64,000 nucleotides of DNA, from assembly GCA_964291655.2 (NCBI GenBank), contig OZ219801.1:576001-640000 (forward strand), written 5' to 3'. Each line of letters starts with the position of its first letter. The first letter of the stretch is position 1. A program made the position numbers and the translations under genes. The DNA is from Chloroflexota bacterium (lineage in GTDB: Bacteria > Chloroflexota > UBA11872 > VXOZ01). Under the pieces are notes generated by a model. The model was not told the DNA's origin. It saw only the letters and a program-made list of their open reading frames with translations, and did not search any database. Positions 28,051-39,711 of the stretch are shown in pieces.

Positions 28051-28154
28051 TCGTGCATGAGCCCCTGAATGGGATAGCACAATGCCACTTGCTAACCCAG
28101 GTACTGCAGAGCTTGTCCCGCACCTGGAACACGAGGCTCCCGCCAAAGAGTCAC

Positions 28155-28664
28155 TCAGCGGCGAATGAGACGAAAGAGCACGTAGCAGAGACCGATGACG
28201 AGACCGCAGATCGCCGCGCCGCGGGTATCGAGAAGCGTGTTGACGTTGCCATTCACGCGACCGCCGACCACCACCACGCTGGCCACCTGCTCAGCTTCGA
28301 TCTGCCCGCCGACGATCCACTGCGACACGGAGTAGTTCGTATCCACGCTGCCGCCAACCACCAACCACGTCGCCCCTTCGGTCACGCTCACTTCATGGCC
28401 GGCTGCGATCCCAGTCAGCCCTTGCTGCAGCGACGCAGCCTCCGCCTGCACGACGCCGGTAGCCGTGTTCTGCATGTCGATATCATCGGCGACCACGTGC
28501 CGCACGAGGCTGTTCGTGATTTGAAACCGTTCATCAACTTCCGGTGCGTTTCCGGCAGCCTGTTGATCGCCGTCACTCATTGCTTCTTGAGAAGCGTCTT
28601 CCGAAACGTCATTGCCTGCCGGCGCCTGTTCCGGCCGCACCTCAGAAGACCCCATATTCGGCAC
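28155..28664 (-). CDS. Hypothetical protein with 15-aa repeats and a C-terminal TM anchor
   Basis: AAGGGG RBS; acidic N-terminus; about six 15-residue Val/Gly-rich repeats; hydrophobic tail ending FRLIRR. Confidence 0.7.
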   Translation of the reverse strand: MPNMGSSEVRPEQAPAGNDVSEDASQEAMSDGDQQAAGNAPEVDERFQITNSLVRHVVADDIDMQNTATGVVQAEAASLQQGLTGIAAGHEVSVTEGATWLVVGGSVDTNYSVSQWIVGGQIEAEQVASVVVVGGRVNGNVNTLLDTRGAAICGLVIGLCYVLFRLIRR

Positions 28665-28769
28665 CCCTTCTGCTCAACGGTTGCAATCGCCCCGGCACGT
28701 GCCGCTCGTAGCAGCGCGCCCCTCACATTCTATGATAACAGCCCCGCATAGTGGCAAAGTGATCCGGCG

Positions 28770-29936
28770 CTACTGTCCCGCTGTCCGCACAAAGTCCATT
28801 ACCTCTTTTACCGGCACCTGTGCCGCCGTAGCGACCCGCAGGCAGTCCTCGTACTCGGGACTACGATTCACAACCTTGCCGCGCCAATGCGCCACTTTGC
28901 GGCGCACCGTGCCCCACGGCGTATCCACGTGCTCTACCTGCCGTTCAAGCTTGATCCGCTCGACCCGATGCAGCCGCACGCCAATCGTCGTAGTCTCTCG
29001 AAAGACTATGTCCAGGAGAGGCGCATGGTCTGCGGCCTCCGTTAGCACGCTGAGCACGTGCCCGGGCCGTCCTTTCTTCATTTGGACCGGGGTCAGCGTC
29101 ACATCCAGCGCGCCGGCTGCAAACAAGAGCGCGGCAACATGTCCATACAACTGCGGATTCATATCGTCGATGGTGGTCTCGATCACAGTCGCCATGCCAG
29201 TAGCGTTACCAGCAGACTCCTCCCCGATGATGAGGCGCAAGACGTTGGGAATATCAGTGTCGCGCATACCCGCGCCGTAGCCAATGCGGTCCACCTGCAT
29301 TGTTGGTATGGGGCCGAATGCGTCCGCTAACTCGCTGAGCACGAGCGCCCCGGTGGGAGTGAGCGTCTCGCCCATGTCCGGTATGGCATAGATTGGCTTC
29401 TCCTTCATGAGATCCAGCGTCGCCGGACCCGGAATCGGCCACCAGCCGTGACGGGTCTGAATAGGGGGGCTGCCGCCGACGTTCACCGGCGAGCAAACAA
29501 CGCGCTCAACGCCGAGCGCCTTCAGTCCCGCGACCACACCAACTACGTCGAGTATAGAGTCCACCGCGCCGACTTCATGAAAATGCACGGCCTCCGGCGC
29601 AACCCCGTGCATACGGCCCTCTACTTCTGCTAACCGGACAAAGAGCCTCTCGCTCGTAGCAACAACGTCGTCTTCCAGATTACTCGTTTTGAGCAGTTGC
29701 ACGATATCGCCGAGATTACGTTCTACCTTGTGCTCGTGTGCATCGATGTCGATGTGAACTTGCAGGGCACGGAGCAAACCCTTGCGCACCTCTTCCGCCC
29801 GAACTTCGTAGCCGCCGAGCGGGATCTTGGCAAAGGTCGCCTTGAGGTCCTCCAGCGCCCACCCGCCATCTACCAGAGCGCCAAGCATCATATCGCCCGA
29901 GGCGCCGGCAAAGCAGTCGAAATAGGCTATTCGCAT
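28770..29936 (-). CDS. larC: Nickel pincer cofactor biosynthesis protein LarC
   Basis: YFDCFAGASGDMMLGAL, HFHEVGAVDSI, PATL, TPTG, ETTIDD, MKKGRPG, ETTTIGVR and PEYED. Confidence 0.96.
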   Translation of the reverse strand: MRIAYFDCFAGASGDMMLGALVDGGWALEDLKATFAKIPLGGYEVRAEEVRKGLLRALQVHIDIDAHEHKVERNLGDIVQLLKTSNLEDDVVATSERLFVRLAEVEGRMHGVAPEAVHFHEVGAVDSILDVVGVVAGLKALGVERVVCSPVNVGGSPPIQTRHGWWPIPGPATLDLMKEKPIYAIPDMGETLTPTGALVLSELADAFGPIPTMQVDRIGYGAGMRDTDIPNVLRLIIGEESAGNATGMATVIETTIDDMNPQLYGHVAALLFAAGALDVTLTPVQMKKGRPGHVLSVLTEAADHAPLLDIVFRETTTIGVRLHRVERIKLERQVEHVDTPWGTVRRKVAHWRGKVVNRSPEYEDCLRVATAAQVPVKEVMDFVRTAGQ

Positions 29937-30709
29937 GACGAATCCTGGACGCTGTCTGCTTCCGTCATGCGGCAGATCATACCGGCCATATATCCTGCGC
30001 CAAAGCCATTATCGATATTCACGACAGCGAGCCCGGCCGCACAGCTATTGAGCATGGTGAGGAGCGGCGTCAGTCCACCGAGCGAGGCCCCGTACCCCAC
30101 ACTCGTCGGCACGGCAATGACGGGTCGATCGATCAGACCGGCAAGCACGCTTGGCAGCGCGCCCTCCATGCCTGCCACGGCGACCACGGCACGGGCCTGC
30201 TGCACAGTTTCGAGGTTGAGCAAGAGCCGGTGCAGCCCGGCCACACCCACATCTGTCAATCGATCAACTCGGCACCCCATCAGCTCCGCCGTTAAGCTGG
30301 CTTCAGCAGCTACCGGCAGGTCGGCCGTGCCTGCAGCGACTACTGCTACCCGTCCCTCTGCCAGGCGCTGCATTTCGCGGCGGACGACGATGGCGCGGGC
30401 GTCTTCATGGTACACGGCAGCCGGAATCCGCGCGTTCACGTCCGCAAAGAGTTGCGGTGTTGCGCGTGTGGCCAGGACGGTTTGATCATGGGCGAGCAAC
30501 TCCTCGGCAATGCCGATGACTTGTGCCGATGTCTTACCCGGACAGTAGATAACCTCCGGGAAGCCAACCCGCAGTTGGCGTTGCGCGTCTACCTTGGCGA
30601 ATCCCAAGTCCTCGTAGGGAGCCAACCGTATCCGGCGTACCACCTGCTCTATGTCTACGGTCCCACGTTGCAAGTCCGTGAGCAGCGTGCGTAATGTGTT
30701 TGTGTCCAT
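29927..30709 (-). CDS. larB: Nickel pincer cofactor biosynthesis protein LarB
   Basis: AKVD..R.LRVGFPEVIYCPGKT, AGTADLPVA.EA, DVGVAGLHR, AGMEGAL, PTSVGYG and VVNIDNGFGA. Confidence 0.96.
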   Translation of the reverse strand: MDTNTLRTLLTDLQRGTVDIEQVVRRIRLAPYEDLGFAKVDAQRQLRVGFPEVIYCPGKTSAQVIGIAEELLAHDQTVLATRATPQLFADVNARIPAAVYHEDARAIVVRREMQRLAEGRVAVVAAGTADLPVAAEASLTAELMGCRVDRLTDVGVAGLHRLLLNLETVQQARAVVAVAGMEGALPSVLAGLIDRPVIAVPTSVGYGASLGGLTPLLTMLNSCAAGLAVVNIDNGFGAGYMAGMICRMTEADSVQDSSCE

Positions 30710-30974
30710 CAGGGGAACACCAGACTCCAATGCGTTCAATCACTTTTCCAAGCAACAATGTGGCGATACTTGCGTCACTCGCCGCAACGACTATTGTAGC
30801 GCAGGCCGTCTTGTGCCAGAGGCGCAACACATCTACAGAGCAATTGCCCAAGCGGGCAAGCAAAGTTCGGGAACAGCAGATGCGAGTTAGTATCCAGCTC
30901 CCTGGCTGGACACCCCAAGGTCACATACCGGCTTGAGCACAGCCGCGATCACAGCACTCTTCGGTCGTGCAGGT

Positions 30975-32276
<1,302 letters not shown>

Positions 32277-32284
32277 TTAGCGGC

Positions 32285-33151
32285 TTAGGCCAAAGTGGAC
32301 TGCAAGCGGGCGGCCCGTATCGTATTCGCGATTAGCATCGCGTTCGTCACGGAGCCAACGCCGCCGGGCACCGGTGTAATCGCGCTTGCCACTTCACTCA
32401 CAGCGTCGTATTGAACATCTCCGGCGAGGCCGTCGGGAGTTACGTTGATGCCAACATCCACCACGACCGCCCCCGGCTTCACCATGTCGGGCGAGACAAA
32501 ATTGGGTCTTCCCATCGCCACAAGGAGGATGTCGGCCTGCCTGGTGTGACCGGCAAGATCGGCCGTGCGGCTGTGCGTCACGGTTACGGTGGCGTCATGG
32601 GCAATGAGTAGTGCCGCCAAAGGCCGTCCCACCACGTTGCTGCGGCCAATCAGCACGGCATGTTTGCCGCGCAAGGGAATCTCGTAGTGTCGCAGCAAAT
32701 AAATCACACTCGCAGGCGTATTCGGCACGAACGCCTCCATGCCCAGAAATTGACCGCCCAAGAACACGCGTCCGGCATTCAAGGGATGCAAACCGTCGAT
32801 ATCTTTGCGGGGGTCCAAGGTCATGGCGACCAACTCTTGGTCCCAGTCCTCCGGCAAAGGCCAGCTAAGCATGATGCCGGTTACACGTGGATCGACGTTC
32901 AGACTGCATATACGACCAATGAATTGCTCCCGGTCGGTCGAAGGAAGCACGTGCTCCTGAAACTCCATGCCCACGCGCTGACAAAGTTTCTCAATTTGGC
33001 GAATGTAGCTCGCCGAAGCTTTGTCATCACCTGCGCGTACGACCGCCAGCGTCAGGGGATGTCCCAGGCGTCTCTGAATGTCTACAAGCTCGTCTCGGTG
33101 TCTCCAACTCAAAGTACGGGCGATGCGACGACCGTCAAGCACTAGTGCCAT
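32285..33151 (-). CDS. folD: Methylenetetrahydrofolate dehydrogenase/cyclohydrolase
   Basis: KDIDGLHP, P.TP, GRSNVVGRP, VDVGIN and ITPVPGGVG. Confidence 0.95.
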   Translation of the reverse strand: MALVLDGRRIARTLSWRHRDELVDIQRRLGHPLTLAVVRAGDDKASASYIRQIEKLCQRVGMEFQEHVLPSTDREQFIGRICSLNVDPRVTGIMLSWPLPEDWDQELVAMTLDPRKDIDGLHPLNAGRVFLGGQFLGMEAFVPNTPASVIYLLRHYEIPLRGKHAVLIGRSNVVGRPLAALLIAHDATVTVTHSRTADLAGHTRQADILLVAMGRPNFVSPDMVKPGAVVVDVGINVTPDGLAGDVQYDAVSEVASAITPVPGGVGSVTNAMLIANTIRAARLQSTLA

Positions 33152-33281
33152 TTCGCTCCGTCCCCTCTTCTCTCACTCCGTAACTCTCGCTCTTGACCTC
33201 GTTGGACCCACTGCTGCGGTCCAGTCGCAGTTTCTATGGTCCAATCGTCTCAATCCTCGACGAATGCCTGCCAACGCTACG

Positions 33282-33923
33282 CTACTGGGCGCACGACAGT
33301 GCCTCTTCCCGGGCCGCCGTCATCTTGTCGTAGGAGACCAACCGCTCTCCCATCGTAGCTACCACCTTATCGTCCTTGACAAAGCCGAGGCTTGAGCGAA
33401 TTGTGACTACCGTCCCTTGCAGTGCCGCCTCCGATAGGAGGACCGCCATTACGGCGTCCGCAAGCAGATTGCTATTCCCATGCTTCGCCAGCCACAAGGC
33501 ATGATCGCTCACCTGTACGCACCCGTCAGCGATGGCAAAGAGTACTTCCGTAGCCTGAATCGATGCCTGCTGGATGTGCGCGGACCGCGCTGCTTGCTCT
33601 TCATCGGAGCCGCGCGGCATCGCGAATCCCGCTCCAACCGCCCCATATGCCTCGATATCTTCCTGTACCAATTCCTCGAGCGCTTGCAGGGACTGGCTCA
33701 ATTGTGCGAGCCGCTCTTCCACCTCGGGAGCGACCGCCGCATACTTCTTTCTGCCCCGAGTGAAATTGGCCACCATGGCAGCCAGACCCGCGCCAAGCGC
33801 GCCTACCAATGCCGCCACACTGCCTCCACCGGGCGTCGGCTCCCGAGCAGAGAGCGCCTCCAGATATGCATGGATGCTTTGATTGGTAACCACCGCGCCC
33901 GGACTCTCATTAGTGCCGCTCAT
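33282..33923 (-). CDS. Cyclodeaminase/cyclohydrolase family protein (FTCD_C, FchA-like)
   Basis: PTPGGGSVAAL.GALGAGL..MVANFT, D..AY and GN.NL..D. TAATG overlap with purN. Confidence 0.9.
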   Translation of the reverse strand: MSGTNESPGAVVTNQSIHAYLEALSAREPTPGGGSVAALVGALGAGLAAMVANFTRGRKKYAAVAPEVEERLAQLSQSLQALEELVQEDIEAYGAVGAGFAMPRGSDEEQAARSAHIQQASIQATEVLFAIADGCVQVSDHALWLAKHGNSNLLADAVMAVLLSEAALQGTVVTIRSSLGFVKDDKVVATMGERLVSYDKMTAAREEALSCAQ

Positions 33924-34582
33924 TAGGCGTCGCTCCACCAGCGGGACGGTATCACCCCGGCAATTCTCACGCAATTTCCTTCAACGTGCACTCTATCCTC
34001 GGCAAACCAGCTCACGACTTGAGGCAGCAGCCGATGTTCCTGTGCCAAGATGCGGATTGCGAGGGTTTCTACGGTATCGTCCGCAAGCACGGGCACCGCA
34101 GCTTGAGCAATGATTGGGCCGGCGTCCACCTCATCTGTGGCAATGTGCACCGTACACCCGGCAATCTTAACCCCAGCCTCCAGGGCATCCTGTTGCGGCT
34201 GCGGATTCATGCCTCCCGCAAAGGCTGGCAAGAGCGATGGATGTATGTTGATGATCCGATTGTGATAGGCCCTCATCCACGCGGATGAAAGAACTCGGTC
34301 AAAGCCGCCGAGCACGATTAGCTCCGCTCCATGCTGCTGCGCGCAAGCCAACATTGCCTCGTGCTGTGCTTCGCGGGTAGCATAGTCACGCCGCAGGAAG
34401 ACATGCACGGCGACGCCGGCAGCGTGAGCCTTTTGCAGGCCCGGCGCGTTTCGGTGATTGCAGATGACTGTGACAATTTCGGCGTCAAGGCGACCTTCAT
34501 CGATCTCATCAATGAGCGCTTGTAGGTTACTGCCTCGTCCCGAAATGAGCACTGCCACACGCAGAGCGGACTCCGCATCCAA
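33923..34582 (-). CDS. purN: Phosphoribosylglycinamide formyltransferase
   Basis: ISGRGSNLQA, INIHPSLLP, GCTVH, DAGPII and EH.LLP. Confidence 0.97.
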   Translation of the reverse strand: MDAESALRVAVLISGRGSNLQALIDEIDEGRLDAEIVTVICNHRNAPGLQKAHAAGVAVHVFLRRDYATREAQHEAMLACAQQHGAELIVLGGFDRVLSSAWMRAYHNRIINIHPSLLPAFAGGMNPQPQQDALEAGVKIAGCTVHIATDEVDAGPIIAQAAVPVLADDTVETLAIRILAQEHRLLPQVVSWFAEDRVHVEGNCVRIAGVIPSRWWSDA

Positions 34583-34614
34583 TTTCGACCAGTTGCCCTT
34601 CTTCTGCTACAAAA

Positions 34615-35646
34615 TCATCGCGATATCACCACACGCGGATCGCCCGTGTGGCTTTCAACCACTCCAATGCGGTGAAGCGTGGGGGCAAGTCGCAGGGCTT
34701 CTGCCGCCTCACCCTCATCACAGATCACTACATATCCGACGCCCATATTGAAGACTCGGCACATCTCATCGAACTCTACTCCCCCACGCTGTTGTATAAG
34801 CGGGAAGATTGGCGGCACCGGCCACGATCCCCAGTGCAGGCGGACCTGTGTTCCCTGGGGCAGGACTCGTGGGATGTTGTCCCACAGTCCGCCGCCAGTT
34901 ATGTGTGCCATTCCCTTTATGTCGAGTTTTGAGCACAGACGCTGCACGGCGTGCAGATAGCACGTGTGCACAGCGAGCAAGGCATCCGCCAGTGTTGCTT
35001 CCAGCGTTGGCGCCGTCACCTCCAATGCGTCAGCAGCGAAGACACGGCGCGCCAACGAATACCCATTCGTATGCAAGCCGTTGCTGGGAAAAGCCAGCAC
35101 CGCGTCTCCCTTCTCAATGCGCTCACCGCTGACGATCTTGGCGCGTTCTACAACGCCTACGACAGTTCCGGCGAAGTCTAAGTCGCCTGCGGCGTACAGG
35201 TCGGGTATCTCCGCCAATTCACCGCCCAGCAGCGCGCACCCGGCATCTTTGCACGCCACTGCCGCTCCGGAGACGACATCCCTCATTACTTCAGGCACAA
35301 GCCTGCCCACCCCGACGTAATCGAGAAAGAAGAGCGGTCGCGCTCCCAGAGTGAGAATGTCATTGATGCAGTGATTTACGATGTCCTGACCGACCGTGTC
35401 GTAGCGCTCTAACTGTGTCGCCAGCTTAATCTTGCTGCCGACACTATCGGTGCTGGCTACAAGCACCGGTTCAACGTAGCCTGTGGGAAACTGAAACAGT
35501 CCGCCAAAGCTGCCGATACCGGTAAGCACCTCCGGCCCGTGAGTGGCTTCCACCTGAGACTTGAAGAGTCGCACCGCCTCAGCCCCGGCGTCGATGTCTA
35601 CGCCGGCTTGCTGATAGGTCAAAGGGGGACGCGGAGACTCACGCAT
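34615..35646 (-). CDS. purM: Phosphoribosylformylglycinamidine cyclo-ligase (AIR synthetase)
   Basis: Y..AGVDI, PLFFLDY, SNGLHTNGYSLAR, AHITGGG and FNMGVG. Confidence 0.97.
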   Translation of the reverse strand: MRESPRPPLTYQQAGVDIDAGAEAVRLFKSQVEATHGPEVLTGIGSFGGLFQFPTGYVEPVLVASTDSVGSKIKLATQLERYDTVGQDIVNHCINDILTLGARPLFFLDYVGVGRLVPEVMRDVVSGAAVACKDAGCALLGGELAEIPDLYAAGDLDFAGTVVGVVERAKIVSGERIEKGDAVLAFPSNGLHTNGYSLARRVFAADALEVTAPTLEATLADALLAVHTCYLHAVQRLCSKLDIKGMAHITGGGLWDNIPRVLPQGTQVRLHWGSWPVPPIFPLIQQRGGVEFDEMCRVFNMGVGYVVICDEGEAAEALRLAPTLHRIGVVESHTGDPRVVISR

Positions 35647-35886
35647 GAACCTTAAGATTCCGATCAACGAGAGGTGCGGCCGGAATGGGCTTGAACGCTA
35701 CGCGGGCAATTACCCGATCGCGCACATCCCACATGGCAGGAATTCTCTGGGCCGGCAGTCTCTTGCCAAGAGGGCGTTGCAATGCATCCGAACGGTCCTC
35801 TGTAGACTTTGGTAGCAAAATCGCCGTTCCACTAGAACACGACTTGCTACGGCGCCCGGTCCCGGTCTCGATGCACCCTATCGCGC

Positions 35887-37341
35887 TCATGGAACTGTTG
35901 CTCGCACTTGCTCTAACGAAAGCTTGTCGAATTCCATCTGCACGGGCACCGGATAATCGCCATTGAAGCAAGCGAGGCAAAAGTGGTTATAGGGCAAGTC
36001 AACGGCTTCTACGATGCCATCAATACTCAAGTAGCCCAGGCTGTCCGCCTGAATTGCCGCACCAACGGCCATTTCGGCTTCTTCTCGCGACTGGAATGCG
36101 GAAGCAATTATCTCGTCCCGGGTCGGCATGTCAACGCCCAGAAAGCACGGGTGACGGATCGGCGGGGCAGCAATGCGGACGTGCACTTCCTCGGCGCCGG
36201 CCTGACGCAGCATCTTCACAATAGGGAGCGTATTAGTACCGCGCACTATTGAGTCATCAACTACGACCACGCGCTGGCCCTCCAGCACCTCCGGCATCGT
36301 GTTGTACTTCATGTGCACGCCCTCGCGCCGTAATTGATCGGTCGGCTGGATAAAGGTACGGTGAATGTAGCGGTTGCGCACCAAGCCGTCGCGGAGCGGC
36401 AGGCCGCTTTCTTCGGAGTATCCCTGAGCCGCGGCTATGGCGCATTCCGGCACACCCATCACCAGGTCGGCGCCCGGCGTTGGGCGTTCGCGTGCAAGCT
36501 GGCGGCCCATCTCGCGCCGGGCATGATAGAGGAGCGTGTCCTCGATGTACGAGTCCGGCCGCGCAAGGTACATAAACTCGAACATGCAGACGGCCCGCTT
36601 CTGGACCGGCTGCATGCGGTATGAACGAAGCCCGTCTTCACCCACCGTAACCAGCTCACCCGGCTCCACTTCGCGGACAAACTCCGCGCCCACCGTATTG
36701 AGCGCGCAACTCTCGGAAGCCACCACCCAGGTGTCATCGACCGACCCCAAGCAAAGGGGTCGATTCCCCAGCGGGTCGCGCGCCGCCAATACCTGGTCTG
36801 TCGTCGCCATCACAAAGGTATACGAACCCACCAGGCGGGGCAGCGTGTGCTGCAGTTTTTCAGGCCAGGTGCTTCCTGGCGCGAGGGCAATGAGCCAGGC
36901 GGCAATCTCACTGTCCGTGGAGGACTTCGGGCGAACGCCTAATTCTTCCAAATCGGCTAACAATTGATCGGCGTTAACGAGATTTCCATTGTGGGCTAGC
37001 GCCAGCGGCCCGAGCGGACCTTCGACGTAAATGGGCTGGGAATTGTCTTCTCTACTCGATCCCTTCGTGGAATATCGCGTGTGCCCTATTGCCAGTATTC
37101 CCTGCAGGTCCTCCAAAATCTCTTCCGAGAATACGTGAGAAACCAGCCCCATTTTGCGGTAGACCTGCATTTGCTTGCCGTCGGCGCTGGCGATGCCGGC
37201 GCTCTCTTGGCCGCGGTGCTGGAGCGCGTGCAAGCCGAAATAGGTCAGTTTGGCTACATCGAGGTCGCGTCCGTATATGCCAAACACGCCGCACGCTTCA
37301 CGCGGGGAATCTGTGTCGGTGGTAGGTGGAGTCCCATCCAT
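35887..37341 (-). CDS. purF: Amidophosphoribosyltransferase
   Basis: Propeptide then CGVFG; LQHRGQE, GHTRYST, HNGNL and VDDSIVRG; Fe-S Cys motif CLAC. Confidence 0.98.
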   Translation of the reverse strand: MDGTPPTTDTDSPREACGVFGIYGRDLDVAKLTYFGLHALQHRGQESAGIASADGKQMQVYRKMGLVSHVFSEEILEDLQGILAIGHTRYSTKGSSREDNSQPIYVEGPLGPLALAHNGNLVNADQLLADLEELGVRPKSSTDSEIAAWLIALAPGSTWPEKLQHTLPRLVGSYTFVMATTDQVLAARDPLGNRPLCLGSVDDTWVVASESCALNTVGAEFVREVEPGELVTVGEDGLRSYRMQPVQKRAVCMFEFMYLARPDSYIEDTLLYHARREMGRQLARERPTPGADLVMGVPECAIAAAQGYSEESGLPLRDGLVRNRYIHRTFIQPTDQLRREGVHMKYNTMPEVLEGQRVVVVDDSIVRGTNTLPIVKMLRQAGAEEVHVRIAAPPIRHPCFLGVDMPTRDEIIASAFQSREEAEMAVGAAIQADSLGYLSIDGIVEAVDLPYNHFCLACFNGDYPVPVQMEFDKLSLEQVRATVP

Positions 37342-37375
37342 AGCGTACGCGCCCCTCTTTGAATCAGCGTGCTCA

Positions 37376-39598
37376 TTACCCTTCCCCAGCCAGTGCCTCC
37401 GCAACTCCATTCTGCCACGCCCGCCTTGCAGATGCCAGTGAAACCGACAGCCTGTCACCCAGCACGAGCGCGTCGCCCCGGACACGCCCGATCGCTGTGC
37501 ACGGCACACCGTTCTCTTCCGCTGCCGCGCTCACCGCCGCCATCTCCTTTGCCGGCAGACTAACGACAATTCGTGATTGTCCCTCGCCAAACAAGAGAGC
37601 GTCCGCTCGACCCTCGCCCGGCAGGTCCACCTGAAACCCAATGTCTCCTGCAATGGCGCTCTCCGCTAGGGCTACGGCGAGGCCCCCTTGAGAGCAGTCG
37701 TGCGCGCTGTTTATCACGCCGGCGCGAATAATCTGACGGCAGACGGACTGCACACGCAATTCCATGCCGAGGTCGATGGGAGGCGCCTTACCTGACACAC
37801 GACTGTGAATTGAAGCCAGATACTCACTACCACCGCAGTGATCGCTTTGCGGGCCGAGAAGCACAATCACGTCCTCTTCATTTTGGAATGCCATTGTGAC
37901 ACTCTGCTCTACAACATCCAACTTGCCCACCATGCCTACCATCGGCGTGGGGTAAATGGGCTGACCGCGCGTCTCGTTATAAAGACTGACATTCCCGCTC
38001 ACCACCGGCACGTCAAGCGCCTCGCAGGCTGCGGCCATGCCGCGTATCACCTTCTCCAACTGGTAGTAGACGTCGCTCTTCTCCGGGTTGCCGAAGTTGA
38101 GGCAGTTTGTGAGCGCGAGCGGCTCGGCGCCCACACACGCCAAATTGCGTGCGGCTTCCGCTACCGCGATGGCGCCGCCTGCAAATGGATCAAGCTGGCA
38201 GTACTGCCCATTGCCGTCTATCGTGACGGCAAGCCCTATCGGCGTTCCCTTGACCCGCAGCACTGCCGCGTCCCCGCCGGGGCCTTGCACGGTGTTGACC
38301 TGGACGCTGTAGTCATATTGCTGAAAGACGCACTCTTTGCTCGCGATGTTGGGGCTTGCGAGCAATTTGAGAAAGACATCATTGTAGTCCTGTGGCTCGG
38401 GTAAGGTCTCTTGCCGGAAGGCGTGCGTTTCCTGTAGATAGGCCGGTGGGGTGCCTTCCCTCTCGTACGTCGGCGCGTCCGCCAGCAGGTGCGCTGGGAT
38501 GTCAGCTACCACCTCTCCACCGCTCCGTACGCGTACCATGCCGTCGGCGGTAACCTGACCGATTACGTTGGAGTGAAGCCCCCAGCGTGAGAAGATCTCG
38601 GCTACGTTTTCCTCCGCGCCCCGGCGCACAATTGCAAGCATGCGCTCCTGGCTCTCACTGAGCATGATTTCGTAGGGGGTCATCCCCTCTTCCCGGCACG
38701 GCACACGGCTCACGTCGATTTCAACACCACTCTCTCCTTTGTGGGCCGCCTCCACGGAAGAACTCGTCAGCCCAGCCGCACCGAGGTCCTGCAATCCCAC
38801 CAGGTAATCGGTTTCACCCAGCTCTAGACACGCCTCGATGAGCAATTTCTCCATGAAGGGATCGCCGACCTGCACCACGCCGCGATGAGACAGCTCAGGA
38901 TCATCCAGGGAAGCAAATGAAGCGCCGTGAATGCCGTCGCGGCCGGTCGCCGCTCCTACCAGCATTAGCGTATTACCTGCGCCGTGGGCGCGAGCGCGTA
39001 TGAGCTTATCCTGCCGAATGAGACCGACGCACATGGCGTTGACGAGAGGGTTGCCGGCATAGGAAGACGCAAAATTTACTTCACCACCCACGTCAGGGAT
39101 TCCCACACAGTTGCCGTAATGGCTAATGCCGCCGACAACGCCATTGAACAGATAGCGGTTGCGCGCATCACTCAGGGGGCCAAAGCGCAGTGAATTGAGT
39201 AACGCGATGGGGCGGGCACCCATGGTAAAGATGTCCCGCACGATGCCGCCCACACCGGTCGCCGCACCTTGGAACGGTTCCACGGCGCTGGGATGGTTGT
39301 GGCTCTCCACTTTGAAGACCACTGCCAGCCCATGACCGATATCCACAGCACCGGCGTTTTCCTCTCCCGCGCCGATGAGGACGTGCCTCCCGGCGGTTGG
39401 CAGCAGTTTCAGCAGCGGTCGCGAGTTCTTATAGCCGCAGTGCTCACTCCACATCGCGCCGAACATGCCTACCTCAACACGATTTGGCGCACGGCCAAGT
39501 TGGGAGCAAATGCGGTCGTACTCGCTACGAGTGAGCGAGACTTCTCTCAATTCAGCATCAGTTACGGCAGACTCAATTTGAGACACGCTGTTACTCAC
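37376..39598 (-). CDS. purL: Phosphoribosylformylglycinamidine synthase subunit PurL
   Basis: MWSEHCGYK, ESHNHPS, QDLGAAG, SESQERM, NCLNFGNP and SGNVSLYN. Confidence 0.98.
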   Translation of the reverse strand: MSNSVSQIESAVTDAELREVSLTRSEYDRICSQLGRAPNRVEVGMFGAMWSEHCGYKNSRPLLKLLPTAGRHVLIGAGEENAGAVDIGHGLAVVFKVESHNHPSAVEPFQGAATGVGGIVRDIFTMGARPIALLNSLRFGPLSDARNRYLFNGVVGGISHYGNCVGIPDVGGEVNFASSYAGNPLVNAMCVGLIRQDKLIRARAHGAGNTLMLVGAATGRDGIHGASFASLDDPELSHRGVVQVGDPFMEKLLIEACLELGETDYLVGLQDLGAAGLTSSSVEAAHKGESGVEIDVSRVPCREEGMTPYEIMLSESQERMLAIVRRGAEENVAEIFSRWGLHSNVIGQVTADGMVRVRSGGEVVADIPAHLLADAPTYEREGTPPAYLQETHAFRQETLPEPQDYNDVFLKLLASPNIASKECVFQQYDYSVQVNTVQGPGGDAAVLRVKGTPIGLAVTIDGNGQYCQLDPFAGGAIAVAEAARNLACVGAEPLALTNCLNFGNPEKSDVYYQLEKVIRGMAAACEALDVPVVSGNVSLYNETRGQPIYPTPMVGMVGKLDVVEQSVTMAFQNEEDVIVLLGPQSDHCGGSEYLASIHSRVSGKAPPIDLGMELRVQSVCRQIIRAGVINSAHDCSQGGLAVALAESAIAGDIGFQVDLPGEGRADALLFGEGQSRIVVSLPAKEMAAVSAAAEENGVPCTAIGRVRGDALVLGDRLSVSLASARRAWQNGVAEALAGEG

Positions 39599-39711
39599 TC
39601 CTGAGAAAACTCGCAGGCGCTACACCTCGTAGGCGTCCAACTCGGCAGCAAGCTACAAGAGAATGCCAGAAACCCAACAGTCTCGGGACCTGAAATCATG
39701 CTCAAGAGCGC

